Origin: Eledone cirrhosa
Taxonomy: Eukaryota
Assembly: GCA_964016885.1 (NCBI GenBank)
Contig: OZ024755.1
Coordinates: 37,882,001 to 37,946,000, forward strand
DNA length: 64,000 bases
Direction of reading: 5' to 3'
Part shown: piece by piece, positions 27,750 to 41,677 of the stretch
Layout of the letters: every line of letters starts with the position of its first letter
Numbering within the stretch: position 1 is the first letter of the stretch
Position numbers and translations under genes: made by a program
The notes under the pieces: generated by a model
What the model saw: the letters and a program-made list of their open reading frames with translations, nothing else
Told to the model about the DNA's origin: nothing
Database searches by the model: none

Positions 27750-28062
27750 TATAACTTTGCCTTTCATCCTTACAGAGTCAATAAAATAAAGTACCAGTAA
27801 TGCACTGGGTATTTGCTGGCCTTGTGCCAAACGTAGAAACAATTATAATTTATTGGACAAAATACTTTGCAGTATTTGTTCTGGTTCTCTACATTTTGAG
27901 TTCAAATGCTACTAAGATCAACTTTGCCTTTCATCCTGTCTGGGTTGGCAACATAATGTACCAGTCATGTACGGAGGGCAATTGAATTGACTTTATACTT
28001 TTCAAAATGACTGGCCTTGTGCCTAAATTAGAGACTATTGTTATTTGTAAATAAAAGCTGAA

Positions 28063-28246
28063 TTATCGGTAGAGGGTCGGACACCATGCTTTGCAGCAAA
28101 GAGATACATCCCTCTATGGTCTGAGTTCAAAATCCCGCCGAGGTTAACTTTGCTTTTCATCCTTACGGGGTCGATAAAATAAAGTACCAGTGGGGTAAAT
28201 TACCACTGGGGTAATTGCTGGCCTTGTGCCAAAAGTAGAAACAATT
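28063..28246 (+). mobile_element. Nin/Deu-like SINE
   Basis: Matches the family consensus. Confidence 0.8.
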
Positions 28247-28813
28247 ATTATATAGCTTCAAATTTAATGGAAAGATATGTGGGTCTGTCTCCCATGTACG
28301 CCGATGTTCATTCATTTTTCCATTTCTGTGGGTTTTTACAACTCCAAATTTTTAGGCTAATTTACTTAGTCAAAAATACAATGGAGGCACTATTTTCCCT
28401 ATCTATTTTTATGTTGTGAAGTGACACAGTGTGTAACACTGTCATATACTACTTCATACTTGATGTCATCCTCCTTTATAAAAAAATGTCAAATTCCACT
28501 GGAGTTAGCTTAACTCAAGAGGTTGTTACTCTGAATACCAGTAATATGCTTGGTTTGAGTCATTCAGCTATATCATTTTACTACAAATTACTGGCCTTGT
28601 TTCAAAGTTAGAAACCATTATTGTGGAGATGGTGTTGATGGTGCTGGTGGAATAGCAGAGATGGTAACATACTGAACTAGATGCTACTATACACAATATG
28701 GTAGTTTATTTCTTTGTTCTCCAGTAAAATCACACCAGTGTTAAATGTGTCTCCTATCCATCCAGAGTTATTTTATTTAGCCCCAACTTAACTCTGACCC
28801 AGTAGATCTAAAA

Positions 28814-30433
28814 CAGAAGTTCTCAAACATTTTTGGCCACTGTCCTCCTCATGGCCACATAATATCCTCAGTGACTCCCAACTGTATTTCGAGGGAGACC
28901 TGCCTACATGCAAATTGCAAATAATATATCATTATCATCATCATCATCATCACCGTTTTACGTCGATGTCTCCATGCTAGCATGGGTTAGACAGGTTGTC
29001 CTGTTGTGGGCAATGCCAGGTCAGGTGACCTTGTCTTGCTCAGACAGGACTGATTTGGGCTCCGTTTCTACAGCTGGATGCCCTTCCTACCACCAACCTT
29101 ATTTACAGTGTGGGCTGGGTGCTTTAGTCGTGACGCCTACATGACCACTTTACAGAGTGGACTGGGTGTTTTTAGTCGTGACACCTACATGACCACTTTA
29201 CAGTGTGGGCTGGGTGTTTTTAGTCGTGACACCTACATGACCACTTTACAGTGTGGGCTGGGTGCTTTTTGTCGTGACACCTACATGACCACTTTACAGA
29301 GTGAGCTGGGTGTTTTTAGTCGTGACACCTACATGACCACTTTACAGTGTGGGCTGGGTGCTTTTTGTCGTGACACCTACATGACCACTTTACAGTGTGG
29401 GCTGGGTGCTTTTTGTCGTGACACCTACATGACCACTTTACAGTGTGGGCTGGGTGTTTTTAGTCGTGACACCTACATGACCACTTTACAGTGTGGGCTG
29501 GGTGTTTTTAGTCGTGACACCTACATGACCACTTTACAGTGTGGGCTGGGTGCTTTTTGTCGTGACACCTACATGACCACTTTACAGTGTGGACTGGGTG
29601 TTTTTAGTCGTGACACCTACATGACCACTTTACAGTGTGGGCTGGGTGTTTTTAGTCGTGACACCTACATGACCATTTTACAGTGTGGGCTGGGTGTTTT
29701 TAGTCGTGACACCTACATGACCATTTTACAGTGTGGGCTGGGTGTTTTTAGTCGTGACACCTACATGACCACTTTACAGTGTGGGCTGGGTGTTTTTAGT
29801 CGTGACACCTACATGACCATTTTACAGTGTGGGCTGGGTGTTTTTAGTCGTGACACCTACATGACCATTTTACAGTGTGGGCTGGGTGCTTTTAGTCGTG
29901 ACACCTACATGACCATTTTACAGTGTGGGCTGGGTGCTTTTTGTCGTGACACCTACATGACCACTTTACAGAGTGAGCTGGGTGCTTTTTGTTGTGACAC
30001 TTACACGACCACTTTACAGTGTGGGCTGGGTGTTTTTAGTCGTGACACCTACATGACCACTTTACAGTGCGGGCTGGGTGTTTTTAGTTGTGACACCTAC
30101 ATGACCACTTTACAGTGTGGACTGGGTGCTTTTTGTCGTGACACCTACATGACCACTTTACAGTGTGGACTGGGTGTTTTTAGTCGTGACACCTACATGA
30201 CCACTTTACAGTGTGGGCAATAAATAAAATCATTAATTTATATATGATAAATTATATAATATATACTATGTAAATAAATATATATTTTTTATTTTACTAT
30301 ATTAATGTATCATTTGATATTTAATATACTATTATATCATCTCTACCGTACCTCCACTGCCCCCTTAGGCCCCAGTGCCCCCTGGACCTTCTCACCCTAC
30401 CCTCGGGGATAACGCCCACTTTGAGAACCACTG
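28814..30433. mobile_element. hAT (Charlie-like) MITE interrupted by an RTE tail and satellite
   Basis: TIRs CAGAAGTTCTCAAA ... TTTGAGAACCACTG; no clean 8-bp TSD. Confidence 0.6.
28933..30218 (-). repeat. RTE 3' tail with about 23 copies of a 48-bp 3'-UTR unit
   Basis: (CAT)n tail and RTE 3' UTR at 28933-29100, then (TTTTAGTCGTGACACCTACATGACCACTTTACAGTGTGGGCTGGGTGT)n. Confidence 0.9.
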
Positions 30434-30519
30434 ATGTTGCAGGGTCGAGAATAAATGATTCGTTAGTTTGCATTTACTAAGTTCAAATCGTTTCACAGGT
30501 ATAACTTGCACACAAACTC

Positions 30520-30942
30520 AAACATGCACCCAGAAGTCACCTCTTAATCCACTGTACCTCCTTCCATACACCCCCACACCACCCTTACACTGTAAAGTTA
30601 TATTGGTATCATAAAAAGCACCCAGTCCACACTGTAAAGTGGTCATGTAAGTGTCACAACTAAAAACACCCAGCCCACACTGTAAAGTGGTCATGTAGGT
30701 GTCACGACTAAAAACACCCAGCCCACACTGTAAAGTGGTCATGTAGGTGTCACGACTAAAAACACCCAGCCCACACTGTAAGTGTGGTTGATGTTAGGAA
30801 GGGCATCCAGTCCTATAAATCTAGCCAGAAACAATCCTATATGAGCAAAACTCAGCCACTTATCCCAACTTGCCTCTAATGGGACAAAACACATCCAATT
30901 CATGCTAGCATGGAAAATAGATGTTAAACAATGATGATGATG
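30520..30942 (+). mobile_element. RTE 3' UTR with about four 48-bp units
   Basis: Same unit in the opposite orientation; (GAT)n tail. Confidence 0.75.
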
Positions 30943-33900
30943 AACTTGAAGAGGTGACAGGGTCCATTAAGCTAATTTGTTTTCAAGTAGTGGTTCTTAA
31001 ATGTATTTTGTCACAGAATCCTTTTTTACGGACAATCTTCACATCCATAATTTTAATAAGACTTTATTCTTTAAGCATTTTAAGGCAATTTTTCCTGCCA
31101 GAGCAAGAGTTAGCATTGTGGGCCCTCACTCTTATGAGATCCTTTTTGAGGTAATTTTTTATAACTGGATGTCCTACCGGATGCCAACTCTTTCTGATGT
31201 TTCTTGTAGGATACAGTGCACCTATTCTAAACTAGAGACACAATAGATTTAATAAGACATTATAAGAAACTAAATTTGTTTTAGACAGAAATTTTTCAAT
31301 ATTAGTAAAAGAAGCAATTTTTTTTTTAATAAAATTTTATTCAAATACATTTTATTTCATTGACCCTCAGAATTCTTTGATGAATCCCTGTTTTATTTTT
31401 AACCTACTTGGGAAAGATTTCTTGGAGAGAGAAAGAGAGGGTCTTTAATAGATGGTCTCAATTGGTGATGATGGCATTTATTTCTCTCTCTCTCACACAC
31501 ACACATATACACACAGATTTTGTTATCATAAGAAATCAAGAGACTGGAATTAGAAATAGAAGACATAAATAAAATTGTACCTGCATGTTGTTTTGCTACA
31601 GGTAATTCAATACATCTTATCCTCTAGTGTTATTCCATAGAAGACTTTACTGTGAGATCTTCAGTGTGTTTATGTTAGGTGGTGCTAGTGTCAGTGTGAT
31701 ATTTGTTCTGTGGCTATTTTTGTTTGTTTTTCTTGTGTTTCCTTGTTGTTTGTTTCCAGCTCTCAAATCTTGCTAATGAGGAGGTGTTTAATATGATTCC
31801 AAGCTATGATTAATTTGTCATTCTTCTAGATGCCATTAATGGTTTTTCTTGTAATTATCCACCTGGCATCATGCTGTGATAACTTGTTTAATAATATAAC
31901 GAGCAAATAATGAATATCTGGTGTTTTATTTCTAAACTCTGTCTCATTAATTCTTTCATGACTATACTTCCCATTAAACACAATCTATTTCAATTAATTA
32001 ACAAAGAATTTGTTGAGGGGTTAACTAAAATGATTAATCATTTCATTACTATGATACTCTTTTACTTTTTTACATGTTCCAGCCATCCGGCTGAGGCCAT
32101 GCTGGGGCACTGCCCTTGAAAAAATATATGATATTAACTTAATATATTGTTGTTCTATAATATTATGTTGGAGGATTGTACTTTAACTAGGAACACTTTA
32201 AAGGGGGTAGTTTTGTTTAATAAAACCAGAGCTGGTTTTGATGGGGTTGGTAAAGAAAGCATTAAGTAGACTATGCAACAGTATTCACCCCCCTGGATAG
32301 TATGCTAATCTATCAAAGCTCACTTTCCTATGTGGCTATGTACTCACTACCCTGATGAACAAACCAATTCTGAAGCCTCTAGATGGTTACTTAGCCTGCT
32401 AGAAATAGCAATCCAATCTCCCTCATATCACAGCCTAGTATCTTCAGAAATCTTCTTCTTTTACTCTCCCTCTTTCCTTAATTTCCACTGACATTGTCTT
32501 GTGATACCTTGTCATTTAATGATATAACAAGTAATAGATGACAGTCTCATGTCTATTTCTAGATTCTGTACCATTTAGCATTTAAACTGTCTGTATCCAG
32601 CCACAATTCTCTCACCTCTTTCTGTTCAAACCAGCTGTAACCGGTGGCTCATACTTATATTAAGGTATTGTTCTTAAAATAAATAACAAAATCTCATAGA
32701 TTCAATATTATGTGAGATAATTATGTGAGGTAAAGCAAAAATACAATAGTAAATATGGAGTAATGTAAATGGTAAAAGGTTAAGCAGATAAACAACAACT
32801 ACCCCTGGATATTGTGCTAATTTCTGATAAGACTTATGTGATGATGGTGAATCCATGTAGTTGAATGGATAGGGTGTTTGACTCATGATTGTAAGGTTGT
32901 GAGTTCGATTCCTGACAGTGCATTGTGTCCTTAAACAAGATACTGTATTTCAGGTTGCTTCAGTCCATACAGCTGGCAAAATTGAGTTGTACCTGTAGTT
33001 CAAAGTACCAGCCTTTATATTCACTGTGTTATGCTGAATCTCTCCGAGAGCTGGGTTTTGTATGTGTCTGTAGAATGCTCAGCCACATGTATGATAAGTT
33101 CATGAGCGGTTTTCTCAATTGATTGAACAACTGGAACACTTGTCTTTGGAACTGACATAAGTCGAACAGCATGTTTACATATATAAATGTTCATCTCATG
33201 TATTAGTCTAGAAGTGGTTGAGTATTCCACAAGCATATGTACTCTTCACAAAACTTCCAAGCTAAATCAGTATGACACAATATGTGATGAGCCCAGACCT
33301 TTGAATTACAGGTACAGTTCATCTGATTGTCTTCCACACAGTTTCTGTCTACCAAATTTCACACACAAGCTGTGAGTCAACTCAAGATTATGGTACTTGT
33401 CACTCATGCCATACTGTTGGATCAAACCCAGAACCTTATGATTGTAAAACAAACTTTTTAACCATTCAACCATGTCTTTGTCCATCATCTAGATCAGAAG
33501 TTCTCAAACTGACTCAGATTAACGTCTTCCCTTTTAGAGAATATGTTTCATTAGCACCCACTGTAAATTTGATAAATAATTATATATAGAAAATTATATA
33601 TTAAAATATTGCTACATTTTGGGGTGGGCATGTTACTAGTATTGCCAATAAATACATCTCTAGGGTGGGTAAACTTCCCAAGATCCATGGACGAGTCTCT
33701 CCAGCGGTCTCTGTCCCTCATTACCGCTGCCATGTCCTGCATCTCCAAGAGACCAGTGTCTGTTCTTAGGGCAATAATAATGATAATACTATGAGATTTT
33801 GATATTACTTATTTTGGAAACAATACCTTAACAGCAGTATGGGCGGCCTGTTACAGCCAGTTCAAAGAGAAGTAGCCGGATACAGCCGCTTTAAATGCTA

Positions 33901-34119
33901 AAGGGTTAATCTCTTACTAAACACTTAAATGCTTAACTGGAAAAGAAACTTTAAAAAGAAGTTTGTTCATGCTTTCATCTGAGGGATTAGCAGAATATGG
34001 CCAATATATACTTAAGGATAGGACTTCAAGGGGACAAACAAGAATAAAAGAAAAGTTTCAAAAATCATATCTTAGATATTTTTTTCTCCTACTGTAAATC
34101 TTCTAGATTACACAGTATG

Positions 34120-37100
34120 TTATCATTGCTATCATCATCATCACCACCATCACTGATATCACCACCATCACAGCCCCTATCATCATCACCATCACCATGA
34201 CAGCCCCTATCATCATCACCATCACAGCCCCTATCATCATCACCATCACAGCCCCTATCATCATCACCACCATAACTACCTCCTTCATCATCACCACCAA
34301 CATCACAGCCCCTATCATCACCACCACCGCCATCACAGCCCCTATCATCATCACCACCACCATCAAAGCCCCTATCATCATCACCACCAACATCACAGCC
34401 CCTATCATCATCACCACCACCATCACAGCCCCTATCATCACCACCACCACCATCACAGCCCCTATCATCACCACCACCACCATCACAGCCCCTATCATCA
34501 TCACCACCACCATCACAGCCCCTATCATCACCACCACCACCATCACAGCCCCTATCATCACCACCACCACCATCACAGCCCCTATCATCATCACCACCAC
34601 CATCACAGCCCCTATCATCATCACCACCACCATCACAGCCCCTATCATCATCACCACCACCATCACAGCCCCTATCATCATCACCACCACCATCACAGCC
34701 CCTATCATCATCACCACCACCATCATAGCCCCTATCATCATCACCACCACCATCACAGCCCCTATCATCATCACCACCACCATCACAGCCCCTATCATCA
34801 CCACCACCACCATCACAGCCCCTATCATCATCACCACCACCATCACAGCCCCTATCATCACCACCACCACCATCACAGCCCCTATCATCACCACCACCAC
34901 CATCACAGCCCCTATCATCACCACCACCACCATCACAGCCCCTATCATCATCACCACCACCATCACAGCCCCTATCATCATCACCACCACCATCACAGCC
35001 CCTATCATCATCACCACCACCATCATAGCCCCTATCATCATCACCACCACCATCACAGCCCCTATCATCATCACCACCACCATCATAGCCCCTATCATCA
35101 TCACCACCACCATCACAGCCCCTATCATCATCACCACCACCATCATAGCCCCTATCATCATCACCACCACCATCACAGCCCCTATCATCACCACCACCAC
35201 CATCACAGCCCCTATCATCATCACCACCACCATCACAGCCCCTATCATCATCACCACCACCATCACAGCCCCTATCATCATCACCACCACCATCACAGCC
35301 CCTATCATCATCACCACCACCATCACAGCCCCTATCATCATCACCACCACCATCATAGCCCCTATCATCATCACCACCACCATCACAGCCCCTATCATCA
35401 TCACCACCACCATCACAGCCCCTATCATCATCACCACCACCATCACAGCCCCTATCATCATCACCACCGCCATCACAGCCCCTATCATCATCATCACCAC
35501 CATCACAGCCCCTATCATCATCACCATCACCACCACCAACATCACAGCCCCTATCATCATCACCACCACCATCACAGCCCCTATCATCACCACCACCAAC
35601 ATCACAGCCCCTATCATCACCACCACCAACATCACAGCCCCTATCATCACCACCACCAACATCACAGCCCCTATCATCACCACCACCACCATCACAGCCC
35701 CTATCATCACCACCACCAACATCACAGCCCCTATCATCACCACCACCACCATCACAGCCCCTATCATCATCACCACCGCCATCACAGCCCCTATCATCAT
35801 CACCACCACCATCATAGCCCCTATCATCACCACCACCACCATCACAGCCCCTATCATCATCACCACCGCCATCACAGCCCCTATCATCATCACCACCACC
35901 ATCATAGCCCCTATCATCACCACCACCACCATCACAGCCCCTATCATCATCACCACCACCATCACAGCCCCTATCATCACCACCACCACCATCACAGCCC
36001 CTATCATCATCACCACCGCCATCACAGCCCCTATCATCATCACCACCACCACCATCACAGCCCCTATCATCACCACCACCACCATCACAGCCCCTATCAT
36101 CATCACCACCGCCATCACAGCCCCTATCATCATCACCACCACCACCATCACAGCCCCTATCATCACCACCACCACCATCATAGCCCCTATCATCATCATC
36201 ATCACCACCATCACAGCCCCTATCATCACCACCACCACCATCACAGCCCCTATCATCATCACCACCACCACCATCACAGCCCCTATCATCACCACCACCA
36301 CCATCATAGCCCCTATCATCACCACCACCACCATCATAGCCCCTATCATCACCACCACCACCATCATAGCCCCTATCATCACCACCACCACCATCACAGC
36401 CCCTATCATCATCACCACCGCCATCACAGCCCCTATCATCATCACCACCACCACCATCACAGCCCCTATCATCACCACCACCACCATCACAGCCCCTATC
36501 ATCATCACCACCGCCATCACAGCCCCTATCATCATCACCACCACCACCATCACAGCCCCTATCATCACCACCACCGCCATCACAGCCCCTATCATCATCA
36601 CCACCACCATCACAGCCCCTATCATCACCACCACCGCCATCACAGCCCCTATCATCACTGACATCACCACCATCACAGCCCCTATCATCATCACCACCGC
36701 CATCACAGCCCCTATCATCATCACCACCGCCATCACAGCCCCTATCATCATCACCACCATCATTGTCATCACCACCTTCATCATTACCACCACCATCATC
36801 AGCAGCAACACCACCTCCATCATCACTGGCGTTACCACCACCATCCCCACTCTCATTACCACCACCATGACAGCCACCACCATCACCATACCATTATCAT
36901 CACAATCACCACCATCATCACCACCATTACCACCACCATCACCATACCATTATCATCACGATGGCCACCATAACCACCACCATCATCGCCACCATTACCA
37001 CCACCATCACCATACCATCATCACCACCATTACCACCACCATCACCATACCATTATCATCACGATGACCACCATAACCACCACCATCATCGCCACCATTA

Positions 37101-37237
37101 CCACCACCATTATTGCCACCATTACCACCACCATCACCATACCATCATCACCACCATTACCACCACCATCACCATACCATTATCATCACGATGGCCACCA
37201 TAACCACCACCATCATCGCCACCATTACCACCACCAT
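34120..37237. repeat. 30-bp (CAT/CAC)-derived minisatellite (CATCACAGCCCCTATCATCATCACCACCAC)n, decaying into trinucleotide repeats
   Basis: Direct 30-bp period with occasional 33-bp units. Confidence 0.95.
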
Positions 37238-37400
37238 TTTAAACTTGATTTTCTTTTTGTTATATGTTTGCATGAGTTAGATGAGACAGTCTTTGTCAAA
37301 TTTGTCAACATCGTTATTTCTATAATTGAGAAATATTTTATATAACAGACATGTATACCTGCAGCGATGTATGTATATATATATATATATATATATACAT

Positions 37401-37831
37401 ATATACGATATTAAATAAATGGAAACTATATTTATAAAACCATATTTATTTCACTATACATATTTCAGGGATACCAAATTAAAATATGGTATGCCTTCAT
37501 CAGATAAAATACAATATATAAACAGTTTTATAAATAATTTTGACGTACCCTATTAGATGCAACCATTATTTTTGGAAGCTGTCTGGATAGTTAATAGGGT
37601 ATGTCAAAATTATTTATAAAACTGTTTATATATTGTATTTTATCTGATGAAGGCATACCATATTTTAATTTGGTATCCCTGAAATATGTATAGTGAAATA
37701 AATATGGTTTTATAAATATAGTTTCCATTTATTTAATATCGTATATCTACTCCAAAAACTTGTCGAGTGCTTTATATCAGTTATAAAATATTTACTTGTT
37801 GTATCCCAACAATTTTAAATAGAACTTTTGC

Positions 37832-37832
<1 letters not shown>
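37401..37832 (+). mobile_element. Fold-back HHR element 2
   Basis: 155-bp inverted arms 37401-37555 and 37592-37746 (one CpG-type mismatch seen), 36-bp spacer, ~86-bp 3' extension, flanked by (TA)n. Confidence 0.75.
37636..37700 (+). ncRNA. Type I hammerhead ribozyme candidate (mirror copy on minus strand at 37447-37511)
   Basis: TATTTTAT-CTGATGA-AGGCATACCA..TGGTATCCCT-GAAA-TATGTA-TA-GTGAAATA: intact core, stem II 9/10 paired, near-palindromic stem III, AU/GU-rich stem I. Confidence 0.65.
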
Positions 37833-37884
<52 letters not shown>

Positions 37885-37885
<1 letters not shown>

Positions 37886-38416
37886 TGGGCATTGTGTGCA
37901 GAGGATATACGCAGACTGGAGAGGAACGAAGCTTGCATGCTCCGCTGGATGTGTAATAGAAATATACGAGAACGGCAAAGCATAAATGAACTAAGGGAGA
38001 AATTAGGAATAAGAGGGATCAGATGTTGTTTACTCGAGAGAAGGCTACGTTGGTATGGTCACGTGATGCGCATGAAAGACGACAGCTGTATAAAAAAGTG
38101 CAGGGCGATAAAAATAGACGGTAGCCACGGAGTAGGCAGACCCAGAAAAACCTGGGACGACTTGATAAATTCCGATCTCACACACTTACACCTCTCCAAG
38201 ACAATGTCACTGGACCGAGATCTTTGGCGCTACACAGTAATACAGAAGACCCACCTTGCCTAAGTACAAAGCGAAACTTACAGTCAGTAGGCACCTCTAA
38301 CAAAAATACACCACCCCCACCCCATCCGCACCACCCTTTCGATGTAAAGTTATGTTGGTACCACAACATCCAGTCCGAAATAAATGAGGTCGTGTAGATG
38401 TCCCGAAAAAAAAACA
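37885..38416 (+). mobile_element. RTE 3' fragment (related subfamily)
   Basis: EDIRRLERNEACMLRWMCN..RRLRWYGHVMR..GRPRKTWDD. Confidence 0.85.
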
Positions 38417-40606
38417 CATCATCATCATCATCACCGTTTTACGTCCGTTCTTCCACGCTAGCATGGGTTAGACGGGTTGTCCTGTTGTGGGCAGTGTCTG
38501 GTCGGCTGACCATGCCTTGCTCATACAGGAAGTGATTTGGCTTGATTTCTACAGCTGGATGCCCTTCCTAACACCAACCTCATTTACAGTGACTGCTGGG
38601 TACTTTTTTGTGGCGCCTACACGTCAACTTTACAGTGTGGGCTGGGTGCTTTTTTGCCGTGGCACCTCCACGACCACCTTACGGTGGGGGCATATTGTCT
38701 ATATGCTTCAGCTTGTACCCATGGGAGGTCGGGTACTCTGTATTACTGTGTGACGCCAGAGGTCACGGTCGTGTGTCATCGCCTTTGAGAGGTGTAATTG
38801 GGTAAGGTCGGCTTTTATCACCTCATCCCAGGTCTTCTTGGGTCTACCCACTCTGTGGTTTCCATTGGCTTCTAGTGTTCTGCACCTTTTTATGCAGCTG
38901 TCATCCTTCATACGCATCACATGTCCATACCAACGCAACCACTTCTCCTGCACACAGCATTTGTACAGCTTTCACAAGCCATTCATCTACTCCTAGTTTT
39001 CTAAGAGCCCACCAGATTATAGCACGTGGAACTCTGTCAAAGGCTTTCTCGAGATCGACGAATCCCAGGTAGAGTGGCTTACTTTTAGTTAGGTACTTTT
39101 CCTGTAACTGCCTCACAAGGAAGAGGGCATCAGTGGTGCCTCTTCCTGGTACAAACCCAAATTGTATCTCATCTAGTTTCACCCGGTCCCTAATCAACTA
39201 TGCTATAACTCTTTCTGTTACTTTCATGACCTGGTCCATCAGCTTTATACCTCTATAGTATCCTCTATCTAGTGCATCACCTTTAGCTTTGTTGCAGTTG
39301 ACAATGATGCTACTGCACCAATCTTTTGGTATGACACCTAGTATTACCTGGTTAACAATACGTGTGGTTATAGTGTGACCTACAGACCCAGATGCCTTCA
39401 GCATCTCGGCAGCTATACCCGATGGACCGGTTGCCTTCCCCATCTTCATATCTTTGATTGCCTTACTTACTACGCTGCTGCTGACTTGTACTGCTGGCCC
39501 CTCTATAGGGTCTACTTGGGGTAGGGTCTCTTCTTGCCATGCATTCTCCTCATTTAGTAATCTATCATAATGACTCTTCCATGCATCTTTCTTCTCAGCA
39601 CTTGTGAGGGCAAGCTCACCTTTATCATTCCGGATACACTTCTCTCCAATGACATCACAATTCTCTCTGACACACTGCCTCGCAATCTTGAACACCTCCT
39701 GTTTCTGGTCCTCACGTTGCAAAACATGCTTGAATTTTCTATCCTCTGCTTCCCTCCTAGCTAACTATATTTGTCGCCTAGCTTCCCTCTTGGTCTCTAT
39801 GTAATGTACCCTGCTTCCCTCGTTCTTCCATTCTTTCCATGCCTGTCTCTTGGCCTTAACTGCCCCATCTACCTTATTGTTCCACCACCAAGTCATTCTC
39901 CTCCTGCTTGTGGTCTTACTCCAGCCACAGATCTCATCCGTCGCCTCTAGTAAGTTATTTTTTAGGAACTCCCAGTGCTTTTCTTCATTGAATGTCTCTA
40001 TCTGTTCTTCTTTACTGTCGTAGGCATTGAGTAAAATATCTTTAAATCTGTTACTGGCTGAGGGGTCTTTCAGCTTCCAGATCTTTCTTCTCCAGGTTGG
40101 CCTCTGTTTCCAGGTTCGTCTAGTTCTGACCGTGAGGTCGCTGACAACTAAGCTATGTTGGGAGGTACATTCCTCACTAGGGAAGGCTTTTGTGTTTACG
40201 ACCGTCCATCTGTCACGTCCTCTGATGAGGATAAAATCTATCAGACTAGAATGCTCCCCTGATCTATAGGTGATCAGGTGGTTGTCGGCTTTTTTGAAGT
40301 TTGTGTTACATATTGACTTGTCATTGGCGTCGCAGAAGTCTGAATCTTTCTTCATTTCTTGTGCCAACCCCATGGCCTCCATGGACTCTATTAAAGCCGT
40401 CACAGTGTTTACCTCTGTGTCTGTTAAAATCTCCTGCAATGATTAGGAAGTCATTGTCGTTTGTTAGAGCAGTAGTGTGCATTAGGGACTCGTAAAACCT
40501 ATCCTTAAGTTCGTCTGGCAACCCTGATTGGGGTGCGTAAGCTGATACTATTGTGGTAATTGTTTTATTCAGGACTAGTCTGAGTTTAATGATTCTTGCA
40601 TTTTCC
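38417..40606 (-). mobile_element. Main RTE family copy, 5'-truncated, with a ~0.9-kb internal deletion
   Basis: Colinear with 43017-46105 except at the junction near 38960 (CACAGCATTTG|TACAGC), which removes YADD and the zinc finger; stops and frameshifts. Confidence 0.9.
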
Positions 40607-40653
40607 CTATATTTTATATAACAGACGTGTATACCAGCAGCGATGTATGTATG

Positions 40654-40685
<32 letters not shown>

Positions 40686-41344
40686 AGAAATATTTTATAT
40701 AACAGACATGTACACCAGCAGCGATGTATGTATGTATGTATGTATATATGACCTTTATTATATACGTATGTATATATCACCTTTAATATCTACTCTGATG
40801 TATCCGGCCTTGTGCTAGGATGAAACAATTGTAAGTGATTAAATGTTTTAAACACACTTTGATGGTCATTTATATTGTATTTCGGCTCTGTAGTATACTT
40901 GTTATTTTACATTGAGCTATTTTCATACTTATAACTGGGTAATATCTATTGTTACCCATATTATATATATATATATATATATATATTATAGCAATATTTC
41001 ATATAACAGAGATGTATACCAGCAGGGATGTTTATATATATTTTTTGAAAACAATACCTTAATGTGAAGCTTTTACTGTGAAAATGTAATAGAAAATATA
41101 GAGTAATGTAAATGGTTAAGTTATAAAACAGCAAAATGGCATAGATATTCTAGTGGAATTTATAAATTAAATTATGAAAGGAAATATAACAACAAATTAG
41201 TTTAATGCTTGGAATATATTATGTAGATATTTCAACAGAATTTAATATTAGATTGAATTGAAACATTTAAACTATTAATATTTGACAGTGTAAATATATT
41301 GCAGAGTTATTTTAGTGGAATTATAAATTAATATATATGTATGT

Positions 41345-41677
41345 GGAGGCACATGGCTTAGTGGTTAGAGCATTGGCCTTGCAATCGAAAGGTTGTGAGT
41401 TCAATTCTCAGACCAGGTGATGTGTTGTTTCCTTGAGCAAGACACTTTATTTCATATTGCTCCAGTTTACTCAGCTGTAGAAATGAGATGATAGGGACTG
41501 GGGTCCCTATCATTCCACTGCAAAGTGGTCGTGGAGGTGCCACGACAAAAAAGCACCCAGCACTCACTGTAAATGAGGTTGGTGTTAGGAAGGGTATCCA
41601 GCTGTAGAAATCAAGCCAGAATCAGTTCCCGTCCCACCCTTGCAAGCAGGGAAAAAGCGGACGTAAAATGAAATGAT
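41345..41677 (+). mobile_element. CORE-type tRNA SINE
   Basis: Same family as 386-857. Confidence 0.85.

Noticed and set aside
29078-30223. 381-aa repeat ORF or CRISPR-like array
   Set aside because: Head-to-tail 48-bp units from the RTE 3' UTR; no unique spacers and no cas genes
34103-37067. 928-aa and 956-aa ORFs (mucin-like TAPII repeats; Met/Val-rich antisense)
   Set aside because: By-products of a stop-free 30-bp CAT/CAC minisatellite open on both strands; no unique domain or splice context
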